Positions 12,018-29,421 of a stretch of DNA of 64,000 nucleotides are shown one piece after another. This stretch comes from Psilocybe cubensis. Taxonomy: Eukaryota. The position numbers and the translations under genes are program-made. The DNA lies in the NCBI GenBank assembly GCA_017499595.2, contig CM039001.1, positions 2,666,001 to 2,730,000 on the forward strand, given 5' to 3'. Position 1 is the stretch's first letter. Each line of letters begins with the position of its first letter. The notes beneath the pieces are model-generated. The model saw only the letters and a list, made by a program, of their open reading frames with translations, did not search any database and had not been told where the DNA came from.

Positions 12018-13165
12018 TCAATCTTTCTCTGCATACGCTAGCAGGTGCTCTTCGACTTCCTTTTCTCCCAGCACCCTCCACTGCCCTCGCACCTTTTCGT
12101 CTTCAAGTTCGCTCGAAGACACAATGCCAATTTCGATCTCTCCCGGCTTGTAATCAGTAGCATGCACAACCGACATGACCTCAATCGCCATCTATGCCAG
12201 TTCATGAGCAACCAAAAAATCCAACGATGAAACTCAGAAATCACCTCGATAACCTCGTTCCGGCTCAATGTCTTTCCGGCCTTGCTCGCATCATCCCCAC
12301 CACGGCCGTTGTCAAGTTTCTTCCACTTCTTCTCAAGGTTGTTCATCGCCTCCTGCTGCTTTTGCCCCGCAGCCGTCGCGTGGAATCCGACAAAGTATCC
12401 CGCTGGGTCAAGTTTGAATACCTGTGGTCCAAATTCGGGATCAATTCCGATCATGATCATCGCTGTGTGATTTGCAACTCAGTGGAGGAAGACTAGAAGG
12501 AAAGGAGAGTGTGTGTACCGATGCCCAGAGGCCGCATGGCAGCGCGCTGCGTGTACACTTGGTTGATGTTGGCCATCCGCCGTGCAAGGGCGTCGGGGGT
12601 GATTTCGTACCCGAATTTGTATCGAAACTCTGCTGCTTCAGAACGTGCTCGGGAAACCTGAGCCCTTGCGTCCGCTAAAAGAATATAAGGCGCTTGAGTC
12701 GAATCGTAATGAGATGCAACGACCAAATGTACCCAGAAGCCCAGTCATCACACACCCGATTGTGGGGGTGATGCTGAATAGATGCGTGATGGTTGATGCG
12801 TCAAGGAGCTTGTCCTGTAGAGTGTACATTTGTAAAGTGAATATATGAGTGAGGACGTCATCGTTCAATATATGAGCCTCGACGCACAGGGACTTTGCGT
12901 TGGGTGATAACGACAGATGTATCTTTTCCACGGACGGCAATGGCTGTATGTCCAGAGCCTGAGATAGCTTTGAAAGCATATTCTGGACGCAACACAGTGC
13001 TTCAGTCATAAATTGACAGGGAACTCGTGCATCGGTGCTCACCAACTTGGTATAATCGGCCCTCAGGCGAGAAAACGGTAAGATATCTTTGCGCATATAG
13101 ATCAGAACAGACCAGATAAAGAGACGGGGAAAAGAAACAGACCTGTCGTAGGACGTCCTGGACAT
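12018..13165 (-). CDS. SCL1: 20S proteasome subunit alpha-1 (PSMA6)
   Basis: [77 protein letters not shown]. Confidence 0.96.
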
Positions 13166-13355
13166 GGCAATAGAATGAGTTTCTTTCAATCAAGAGGTTC
13201 CCCCCAGCGTAGGGCGACGCGCAAGTGGTCGTCACGCGATCGTCACGCGTTACTCTGTCACCTGCCCATTCGAAATTCGATCAATTCGACTCCGAGATTG
13301 GACTTGCGTTTTTGACTCGAAAAACAACCTCCCTTCCTCTCGGCTGGGCCACATA
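13166..13355. promoter_or_regulatory. Bidirectional promoter between SCL1 and RPC1
   Basis: 190 bp between divergent ATGs; contains GACGCG and tandem GTCACGCGA/GTCACGCGT. Confidence 0.6.
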
Positions 13356-18691
<5,336 letters not shown>

Positions 18692-18991
18692 ATCTTATAT
18701 ACCTGTACACATTCCTACATCTTTAGACTGCAACCGCATTGTATCATTATTGCATAAACCATATCGGCCTTCGAGTGCTTACCCTCCCATATACATTTAC
18801 TTAGCATACCACTACAGGATCATTAATCATTCCTTGCTCATATGTATCAATCGCCAAAATTTTGGTACATCATTATCAAAAACTGTAAATTAGAACATAC
18901 ATACATGCCATGGTGTACAAAACAATGCGAAGAGCGATCGAAAGCTGGTATCGTCATGTCAAAGAGGTATCAATGGTTCATTCACCATTAT

Positions 18992-21900
18992 CTATGACCC
19001 TTGTGCACTTCGAAGCGGTGTGCTGGTGCGCGTGTCGAGCCTCCTGATTTCTTTCTCTAATTTATCCATACCGGTTGCGCCGTTCAGTCCTGAACCCCGA
19101 GCACCGTGTTTATCGAATAAATAGGTCAAGAGATTTTTCTTGTCGTCCGCAAGACCATCAAGGAGTGCAAAAAGGTGCGTTTCGTCTCTTAGGACAAGTT
19201 GTGCTGCAATTATAGCAGCAGCAGCAGATTCTCGCACGATAAGTGACGTTTTGTCATTCAAAGACTGAAGGCATCGCATCAGAATTAGACCGAAAAAGAG
19301 ATCAAAGGGAGAACATACATGAATTAAAGTTGCTTTAAGACGCGGAAGTTCTTCCTCTGCTATCTCTGCCGGTAGGCGTAGAATAAATTTCCCAAGAGCC
19401 ATTAATCCGAATGCATATGTCGCTGCTTTGACCTCTTCACTGTCTGCAACCGGGGTAGGCTCCGAATGGAAAACCCGAAGGCTGGCATGCATAGTTGTCA
19501 GCCCATAGACGGGGTCTATTTTGGATGTCAGAGTATCCCGGATGGCATTTGTTCCTTCGAGAACCTATTATAACATTTAATGTCTTAGTATCCGCGAAAT
19601 GGGGTCGGAAAGCCTACGTTGAGTTTGTTGCAGTATCTAACCCTCAAAATCATCGAGAAAATATCTCCTTCTTTTCCTTCGAGATATGTTGACTGACCTT
19701 CGAGCATCTCCCAGACCACAATGAGCCCGTATGAGAGCTCATCTTCAGTCTGATATTTTATATCGTCAGCTAAGAAATGATATTCAGCTGCATATGTGCA
19801 CATACCCTGGTTGGTTCTAGGTACTTCATTAATGATATGAATAACCTTTCGAAAGTTTTGTTTTTCTCCCAAATGTCCACATGCAGAGCAGGGAATGAAC
19901 GGGCAACCGTAGGAGATGGACTGCTTGGATGGCTGCCATTGCTCATAAAAGGAGAATTCGGTTCAGCCACTGCATTTTCCATGCAGATAACCGCTAATCG
20001 CTGAAGCGCCGGTACATCGGCATCTCCGTTGTCCAGCTGAGAGATAAGGTTGTCCATTTCCTGTGCACTGGATGCGGACTTGGTTGGAGCAACTTGAGAA
20101 AACACTACCACACCATCAGTAATCCAAACGAGTGGTCATATCGCTCTGAACTTACATATTTTGCGTTTTAACCACCAACCGTTGTCTTGCTTTTGGGTCT
20201 GCAGCACATCCAACAGTGATGGTTGAGGGCCTCTCGCAGGACTGTCTGCAAAAAGGGCTGCCTGTCTCATAACAACACTGGCCCGATGATTTGGAGTTAC
20301 AGGAACGGGTTTGCCGCGAATCACAGGAAGAGGCGTTGGTTTTGTTTTTGGTTTAGTGTTTGGTTGCACAGGACCATTTCCTGATTTAAGCAAGGAAGAT
20401 GGAATGCTTGGGTGACTATTCATAGGATCATCTTCAGGCTCAACGAGCTCGAGAAGCCTTTCTGCTGCGCTTTCGGCCTGCTCTGCGCGTGCTCGAAGAG
20501 CGTCTTCGACTATAGGCATCTGATTCGTGACCATATCTGATAAAGATCCAGAAGACAGGGCATTTGATACGGACCCAGTGGGATGATGATCTGATACAGG
20601 TGACATCGTCTGGGTTTTAATTGAGTGTGGAGGGGACTTCGCAGGTGTTTGAGCGTGAAGAGAGTGGGAGAAGGACATAAGATTGACTGAGTTATCCGAA
20701 TCGCTATCTTCTGGGATAGGTACAGTTTGTGCCGTGAGGAGTTCGTCGTCGTCGTGCCCAAATATCCTGGACAAAGATTGACGAGAATGTTTTTTGGTTC
20801 CTTCGTGGACAGTTTGGGTTAGATGCCCTAAAGCCACGGGAACTGGCGGTTTAGTCGATGATTGTTGCGCGGCAGTCAACACATTGTTGGACAAAGAGTT
20901 CCGAGAACCCGAGCCTGGAATACCACCTGTTAACGGAGAGGATAGTCGTCTGCGCTTGCTGTCCTGGTCTACCAAGGATGGCGAAGGACCTCTAGCCATT
21001 TTCTCAGAAACACTGGACGACGTTCGGCTGTGAGAGGCAGAGTTAACTACCGGCGCACTAGTAGTCCTGCTTATACTTGCAGAAACAACACGGCGATTAA
21101 CAGATGGCGGTGACGTGGAAGTCCTTAAAGGAGAACCTGGGCGCGCAGGAGGACTTCTGGTTGAAGCGTTTGGGGAGGTTTCGCGTCTTGGTGCTGCTGC
21201 TGCATGTGAAGAAGAGGTAGCTTGATGACGGAGGCTAGGCGGAGCAGTAGCAATAGCTTTCGCTTTCGCCCTGCTGGCAGCTATGGCAGCAGCCACACTG
21301 GATTTCTTCGTGACCTTGGGCGTGGTAGGGGGCAGAGCCGCCTGGCCGCCCGGAATAGGGCACACTTTTTCGACCTGTTTACGGGCAGTGGCATCCAGTG
21401 TTTCTATGATAGTTTGGGCACGTTCAGGCCATATTTCATGGAATACCCAGTACAGCAGACGCGCGGTCTCTCTGACAGCTGGGCTTGGGTCGGCCAACGC
21501 TTTTTTCAGAGACTTCTCCAAAGTCTCTGTCAGATTATTTGCATCAATCGCGGCCTTGGAACGAGTACCATGGGTTTCAAGATAATGCTTCAAGTGTCCA
21601 ACAACGAAAGCTCGCGATTGTAAAGTCTTCTCTTGCAGACTGTTCCAAAGTAGAGGTATGACCAGTCTTGGTTGAGGAGACGTGTAGGTGATAATTGTCC
21701 CCACTGTCACTTGAGATTGTTGTGCCGTGATTTTCTTCGTAAATCCCGCCATTTTGAGAAGATTTGTCAGAAGTACTTCACAGTGAGGATCCAGAAGCGG
21801 TCCGAGTGCTATCGCTAACTCAGAGTACAGAGAGCAAGTATTCAATGCGACAGTTGTCCTCAGACTGGCCAGCTAATGACCATATCAATATACAATAGTC

Positions 21901-23480
21901 ACAGTATAAAAGAATTAACACCTACAGTTTTCGTGGACCACATGATGAAATTATCTTTCAATCCCGCCAAGAATTGTTCCTGGTATCTAACGTGAACTTC
22001 ACCTTGAAGCATGCCGCGCACCCGTTGTATAGCTTGGTCTCGAATGGCCCAGTTGTGTTCAGTTTCTTTCCCCTGTCATTGGAAAGACATAAGTAAGCCT
22101 ACTTACTACGAAGCAATGAGGTAAATTTACGTCAAAAGGCTTAAGCATAGCCGCGAATTCGTTTTCTAAATCTCGGGCAGAGGCAATCTATCCTTGTTGT
22201 CACTTAAGTGAATGGAACATCAATGGGTGATAACTCACATATACAGGCTGAATTTCTGAACTTTCTGATATAGGCGTTTGAGGAGGCTGAGGAGAAGCTA
22301 CGTTTGCTCGGCTCGGTGGTCTCGAAACCTCCTTTACGCTTGTTGAACTGACAGATCTAGACATGCTGGCGTTTTGGCTGGCAACTCGAGGCCTCTTTCC
22401 CTGTAAGGCAAGGCTGGGAGGGATGTATTCTTTCTTTCCATTAAGCGCGTCTCCGTCCCCGGATTCCTCGTTACTTGGAAGAGTGTTCGAGGCCGTACTA
22501 CTGCTAAGAAGCTTCGAAAGCACACTCTCAACAATTGTCTTGCGTACGCCTTTCTTGGTCATTTCTTTCTTGAGATCTGCACGCGCCGCGTCGGTCACCC
22601 CAGGCCCTGAGAATAGCTCCACGACTGAGACACGCGCACAATCGCGTACATGTGGGTCTGTATCTTCCAAACAGTCCACCAAAAGCGTGGCATACGGTCG
22701 AATAGGAAAGAGGTGGTGGCTGCGTCGAATGTGAACTAGAGTGAGAATGGACTGGAAGAGAAATGACGTTAGGAGCTAAAAAGAGGACGTGATATTTGCT
22801 TACTTGTTCCCTGACTTTCCACACCTTGCTCGCCAAACCCCCCTCTTTGATAAATCTCTCAAAGATCGCTATAGGCGGCTCTATACCCTTTCCTGACTTG
22901 GACAGAGGATTGGTCCCTCCAACCCTGAATGCGTACCCTCCGAGGATGACGAGGGTCTCCCGAGCTTTGGCCTGTGCCTTTTCTTTATCACCTAGCCGAT
23001 CAATCACGCCGCCTGGTGGTAAGAACGCAACCAATGCTGAACGAAGGGCACTTGAATCTATCGTTCCCGACGGCGACACGGAGGATGTGGAAGATGAGTT
23101 TTGCACAGGGGTACTTGAGCGAACAAAAGCATTGGAAGGACGAGTAATAATATGTGGGAGAATAGCAGGTAGGGCAGATAAAGTAGCATTTGTGAGATGG
23201 AGATTGGAAGTTCGTAAAGATGCTTTCAGGATGCTAATAAGAGCGTCTGGGTCCTGGAACTGCAGAAACTTAGAATGCGTAACACGTAGTCAAGAAAGGA
23301 TGCAACGGACTTCGGGGCTCCCACTTTCCAAGTATGCTTGTAGTTTCGTGAGGGCATCTACTTTTGCATCAACATCTAATGAATAGGTTTAGGGTCAATT
23401 CAAGGTGAAACTAGAGGTCCAATACCATTAGATTTGCATTGCGTTAGGAGTTTCTCGTATTGAGACGCTCCCGGGTCCAT
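18992..23480 (-). CDS. STU1: CLASP-family microtubule-associated protein Stu1
   Basis: TOG/HEAT repeats, GKETEHNW, LLKMAGFTKKI, ADPSPAVRETAR, S/P-rich linker, C-terminal DDKKNLLTYLF. Confidence 0.92.
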
Positions 23481-24334
23481 GATGACGATGAGAGAAGGAA
23501 ATAAACAGTGCTGTATTGTATGCACACCACTAACAACATTACTTCCATTTGGAGACTGGACCCTGATCGTATATTTTCACGCTTAATGTTCTAAAAGTGC
23601 ACATGTTTTCTATAATGCTATCCGTCGCTATGTACACAACGCCATTCTTCTCAAACATCGGAATGTCCCAAAGACTTTCCTGGTTGAAGTTTATCTCGGA
23701 TTCGTTGTTTCTAAACAGAAAGCCCATGAAGGGGCACATTTCGCGAAAATAGATGGCACCTACGAGGACTTTTAATTCGGGAAAACCTCCTTCCAATTTC
23801 CTGTCCCACACTAGAACAGCAATATCCGTGTCCGGAGTCGACAGCCAAACACGAAAGCGGCCTGCAGTGTCGTCCTTGTTAAGGGGGATTAAAGTGATGG
23901 ACCCAATTGTAGGAGGTGGGAACGTTAAAAAAAGTTCGGTTTGTACCCAAGTGGCACGATGAAGCCTAAATCCACGTCAAGATGGGATCGACTCTGTTGG
24001 AATAAACCATTTACCATCGGCACTAGATAATAAATGAAGGCTGTCTTTTCAAGTTTGATTACAATCAAAATAAACCACACACTCGATCGCAGAATTCAAT
24101 TGTGACCGTCGTGGAGGCCAGAGGCTGCGGAAAGACAAATGTCGAAGGATCGATCAGATTACTCTGTGCAGTATCCTCAGTGTTGGTGGCCATGGTTCAA
24201 GGTTTGTTGTGCTTAGCTCTGAGGCTCTGAGGTCATCGTGCCATTCGGGATCACGTGTAGTTAAAACCGACGCGATCGCCGGACGCGTTTCAATTTGTCA
24301 ATTAACAGAGTTGCCTCCTTCCTTTCAACACGTT

Positions 24335-26120
24335 ATGGTCTCATCAGAAACTCAAACCCAATTACAGCAATCCGAGGACAAAATCAAGGATCTGCATCGA
24401 TGGACGGTTCATGGTACGCAACCAACCATAGTATTTCGATGATGATGACTTCTTTAATCACACATATCGCTATGTACAGTCGAAGTTCGCCTGAAAACGA
24501 GAGCCTCCGCTCGATTTGACACCGTTAGAAATCATGTACATACGTTCATCGAATCATTTGGTCGTCTTTTTCTTCCGTCCACTCTGGACGGCTGGGAGGA
24601 GGTCCCAGAGCTCGCTTCTTCCGTGGAGATGATTACAGTGTGCGAATCACCATGTCCCGAATCCTCGCTTTCTATGGACGAAATGAACATCCAGATACAC
24701 GTCTACAAACCCTCTGATGGAGACGCATTCGAAGAGTTCTCCAATAGTTCAGGAAACTTGAACGATGCGGACGATACCATGGCTGCAAGTCTGTGCGAAT
24801 TGCCCAACAGAAGTCACGAAGGATTGTGGGACTCATTAATTTATGCGGACGATATCAAGATGAAGCTGCTCGACTATATACATGCTACTATTGTCTTCAG
24901 CGATGCAAACGTTGATTGTGCGTGTCCAGTAAACATGGTCTCTTCTAAACTCACATACCATTCACAGTCAACCTTGTGTCTTGGAATCGCGTAGTCCTTT
25001 TACACGGCCCTCCTGGGACAGGGAAAACATCACTCTGCCGCGCCCTTGCACAAAAGCTTGCCATTCGTCTATCCCATCGGTGAGATCGTTGAGCAGCTCA
25101 CAAACATGACCCGCCTCATCCCTTTGTTAGATATTCAAACGCCCGCCTACTTGAAATCAACTCGCATTCTCTATTTTCAAAATGGTTCTCAGAGTCAGGG
25201 AAGCTAGTCCAGCGGCTTTTTACCAGCATAACTGAGCTTGTAGAAGAAGAGGACGGTTTTGTGGTTGTGCTTATTGGTATGCACGTGTAATCAGTGCATG
25301 TATGCGTTTTCAAGTGTCTAACCAATCCTGTAGATGAAGTGGAATCGCTCACCGCTGCACGAGCGGGAGCGATGGCGGGCACAGAACCATCTGATGGACT
25401 ACGAGTTGTCAATGCGCTTTTGACTCAATTGGACAAACTAAAGCAGCGAAAAAACGTACTGATCATGGCAACAAGCAACCTTGTTAAAGCAATCGGTATT
25501 TGCATATACACCCATTCTGCATGACTTACTTTTAATGATTCGCATCCACCTTACAGACTCGGCATTTGTAGACCGAGCGGACATCTTACAATACATAGAC
25601 CTCCCATCACGAGAAGCTATATACGAAATTCTTCGATCATGCCTTTGTGAAATTATGAAAAAAGGAATTGTTGCATCCGTGGTACGTTTACATCACAAAA
25701 GCATAAATGCATAACTCATGCAGCGCGTTCCAGTCTGTTCCAACCCTCAAACAGGTGCAAATGTATGAGATTGTGAAGTCGACCGGCCGGTCAGATATTT
25801 CAGAAGGACAAGATAAGCCGAGAAATGTTGGTCTACGCCTTTTGGCACTGGCTTCTGCATGCAGGGTAAATATGTCTTCGCAATACGTCATTTCTACAAC
25901 TGATTCTTTCTCCTCGTACCCTCAGGCGCAAGGAATGTCAGGACGCGCACTGCGTCGGTTGCCTGTTCTTGCTCTTGCTCGAAATATTGGCATTGGGAAT
26001 ATTAACATTGGGGGTCCAACGTCGTCAAAAGAAAATCAAGGCGCTTCAGTTGAGGTTTGGTTAGATGGGATGGAAAAGGCCGTGAAAGACCACGCCAAAG
26101 AATCGGAAAAGTTGATATAA
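24335..26120 (+). CDS. PCH2: Pachytene checkpoint AAA+ ATPase Pch2/TRIP13
   Basis: [80 protein letters not shown]. Confidence 0.96.
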
Positions 26121-26700
26121 ACCTTTTTTGTTCGTTATACGTTTCTTCACGCCTTACCCACTGCTTTTCTTCATCGCAATTCGTCAATCCTGATATGTAC
26201 ATTCGACTGATTGAACCACCACATAGTTTCTCACTCTTTTAATTTTATCTTCGTGTGGGCGGTCAGCTACACAATGGGGCATACTAATGCAGGAACACTT
26301 AATAGAAAGAAGGTTTCACACATTTTACGTTGCCGCACAAGGCTCACAAAGATCCATGACTTTATAATTCTAACTTGTGACAATCATCGTGAACATGGAT
26401 CGCCAGGGAAAGAGGGCGCAAACTATGATCCCATTATCCAGATTTTTTTGGGAATTTCCATCTTAAATACAACACCGGCGGTAAAGCTACCTCTAACTGC
26501 ACCAACGCAGGGGCATAGGTGTACAACCTAGCAACAGAAAGAGCTCACGGGTTGGCCTGACGTTACGCGCCGCATCACTCTGTAACTAGTAAGTTGGTGT
26601 AATCACCCTAAAAACGTCGCAAGTAAGAAAAAAAATATCGCGCAAAATAATCATTTTGACTTGCAAATAAAAGGCATGTCTAAGGTAAGACTGTGCCATG

Positions 26701-28641
26701 CTATGATTTTGAAGACTGGTCCAACTGGTGGTGCAATGAAGGCGACGGCCGAGGGATAATTGATACCCTCGGATGGTGTTGATGCAGAGCAGACGCAACC
26801 GGTCCCAGCGTCGACATCCTCCTGTAATATGTGGGCTTTTTCCGCTGAACCTGAGGTTCCTCAACTTCTGTCGTCTGAAAGTTGACAATTTCCTTCCACT
26901 TTTCTTTTGTTACTTCCACTCTGCTTCCCTCAGAGCGTAGGAAGATGTCTTTGCCCGCCCACACACGCCTGCCCAAGCGTTCCTTTACCCGTTGTATGGT
27001 ACGTCCGTATATATAGCGTAGAGTGTCATTAAGTTCTGTTAGTTCTGCAACGTTACGTTTGAGAATAAGTATATGAAGCCCGATATTGAATGGTTGGGAT
27101 TCGGATGGTGGAGTTAGAGGAGGTGGGTCAGGGATGTCTGCCTCAAAGAGCTCTTTATAGCTGTACGCTGGGGCACGCGGTTGACCGCCCATAGCCGCAA
27201 TAGCCTTCTCCTGAGGCGAGGCCCCAGGATATTGAGATGTCAGAAACTTTGTTTTTTTGGTTAAACGCTTCGCAGGCAAGTGGTATTCGGGATTTTTGAT
27301 GGCGTCGAAGATGGACTGATAGAAGTCGACTGCATTCTGCTGTTTCCGAATGATTGTAGGCACTTTGGTGGTCAGCCATTTCATGAGCCCGACGTTTTTG
27401 TTCCTGTTGGCTTCACCCATTGCAGGGAGCAGTATTAGGCGGGAAATGGCTATTCGGGGAGCGGGAATGGTGTTGAGAGGTAGCTTTTTCGCGAAATGAT
27501 GCTGGACTTGCATTTGCAAATCAATTGCGGCCTGCTTGCTCTTTTCTCTTGCATCTAAGATATAGTGTCGGGCAAGGGAAGGGTATCCTAAATGACACAG
27601 ATGGCGGATTAGAATAGAATATGTAGTAGTATTCGGCGTGGCGGATGGAAACGGGAAGGGGGGAGAGACCTCGACGTCAACACCAAAATCTCCTTCGTCG
27701 TCGGAATCAAACGAGTTGAAAAAGTGTTGGCTGGCTTGCTGGAGCGGTTGGGTAAGAACTTCGAATGCCTGAATCATCTTCGACACTTCTCCCAATGTGC
27801 CCAGGATGTCGAGCGTGGTATTGAGCGCGGCTGTGGAAAAAGGAAAGGGTATGGGGTTGTCCTTCCGCTCGGTATATTCTAATGGGATGCGGTCCAGGTT
27901 CGAAAGGTCGATAGCATAACCACGTCGCAAGATAGATTCCAACCCCTGCAGATTCAACGTCTCCTTCATTATCCGAAGACCCACTTCAAGGTTCAAGCCT
28001 GTCATTGGCACATTATACTTGGACATTTCGGCCATATACATGTTAAAGAGCTCCTGGATACGGGCCTTTATGGTGTCGCGTATTTCCTCGTTGATGGGCA
28101 GGGAGAGCCGGAACGCAAGTGAACGCAGACAAAAACCAAAGGTCCGGTGATCTGGTGTAAGTCCGTCCCGCAGTATTTCTTGATAGACGCTGCGAGTGCC
28201 CTCAAAATGACCATATGCAGCAAACTGCTGGATGATGAAATTGTAGTCGCTCAACGTTGGACTAAGGCCCGACCCACGAATATTCCGGATGAGTATCTTG
28301 AACCGGGATTCGACGTCCGGGGGTGAGTAGTTGTGTGTTCCTTTTTCGAGCTCTCTAATTTGAGCGCGTTTGATAGTGTGTATGGAGGGAGTACAGTGAC
28401 GCAGAACCTTTTGGTGGACCTCGAGGGGCAAGGAGTAGCTGCCGAGTTGTGCTAGGAGATTGCTGTAGTTTGCCCAGACATAGGAAGGATCTGCGGATTT
28501 GTCGGCGAGTGCATTGGCAAGGTCGCGGAAAGAGTACTGTTCGGCGGTGGAGAGAGTTGTGGGGAAATGTGCAGAATACGAGCGAGATATTGGCCGTGAG
28601 CAGTGTCTAAGTATTGGATGTGAAAAGACGCGACGTTTCAT
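26701..28641 (-). CDS. Intronless PPR-like protein, probably mitochondrial
   Basis: Long single ORF with an Arg-rich presequence and PPR-like segments (PTLSDYNFIIQQFAAYG, GLTPDHRTFGFCL, PNTTTYSILIRHLC). Start taken at MKRRVF. Confidence 0.8.
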   Translation of the reverse strand: MKRRVFSHPILRHCSRPISRSYSAHFPTTLSTAEQYSFRDLANALADKSADPSYVWANYSNLLAQLGSYSLPLEVHQKVLRHCTPSIHTIKRAQIRELEKGTHNYSPPDVESRFKILIRNIRGSGLSPTLSDYNFIIQQFAAYGHFEGTRSVYQEILRDGLTPDHRTFGFCLRSLAFRLSLPINEEIRDTIKARIQELFNMYMAEMSKYNVPMTGLNLEVGLRIMKETLNLQGLESILRRGYAIDLSNLDRIPLEYTERKDNPIPFPFSTAALNTTLDILGTLGEVSKMIQAFEVLTQPLQQASQHFFNSFDSDDEGDFGVDVEVSPPFPFPSATPNTTTYSILIRHLCHLGYPSLARHYILDAREKSKQAAIDLQMQVQHHFAKKLPLNTIPAPRIAISRLILLPAMGEANRNKNVGLMKWLTTKVPTIIRKQQNAVDFYQSIFDAIKNPEYHLPAKRLTKKTKFLTSQYPGASPQEKAIAAMGGQPRAPAYSYKELFEADIPDPPPLTPPSESQPFNIGLHILILKRNVAELTELNDTLRYIYGRTIQRVKERLGRRVWAGKDIFLRSEGSRVEVTKEKWKEIVNFQTTEVEEPQVQRKKPTYYRRMSTLGPVASALHQHHPRVSIIPRPSPSLHHQLDQSSKS

Positions 28642-28842
28642 CGCGCATATGACAGTCACAAATTCAGGAAAAAAGTCAAAGTGCACTCAGGTAAGTTTGA
28701 CATGAACGTCCCAGCCAAACAACGCTTCTCAACATCATCAGATACAATTGCAAATCCCAAATTCAGTACAGTTCATTTCTCTTCTACAGCAGACGGGACA
28801 CAGCTGCGAAATCATTATATACAAACCACCCAATGTCTTGTA

Positions 28843-29197
28843 TTATGGCCGAATTGCTTCCAGCGTTTCCATCGACGTTACACTGTTACCACGGATAACC
28901 TGAGAGCGCATCGATTTTCAGCGACAGATTCATGCATAAGCTTGAAATAAACGTACAACTGTTCCAATGGGGTGCTTCTGCGCAGGGCTGCTTTCCTCCA
29001 TCGCGTCGTCGATGACCAGGTTCAAGAAAAGGTCGTAGCCGCGCAACACGCCGCTCACTTTTCGTCCACCTTGGAGATGGATGAATAATTTCTTATCCAT
29101 AAACTGCGAACTTAGAGTTAGCATACGTGCCACTTGGCTAAATGCGCAATAAAATAAACAACACCTTTTTGAGTTCAGGTTGTGAAGCCTTGGACAT
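28843..29197 (-). CDS. SMX2: Small nuclear ribonucleoprotein SmG
   Basis: MSKASQPELKK|FMDKKLFIHLQGGRKVSGVLRGYDLFLNLVIDDA...IGTV|VIRGNSV. Confidence 0.95.
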
Positions 29198-29421
29198 GAT
29201 TTTGATGATGGAGGAAAGGAGTCAAGGCGCGACTTGATTTGTGCTTTGCCGTATTTGGCTCTTGTGAGCTATTTGGATCACTTTCAGACACCAACCTTCT
29301 TGTACTCATTCTAATCCTAGTCCTTCTCGTTTTCACATCGTATGTTTCCCTTGCAAGCTCGTATCTTATAGTACTTATTTTTTGTCAGCCATATTCAAAA
29401 CACGTCTGGCCTTTTTCAACA

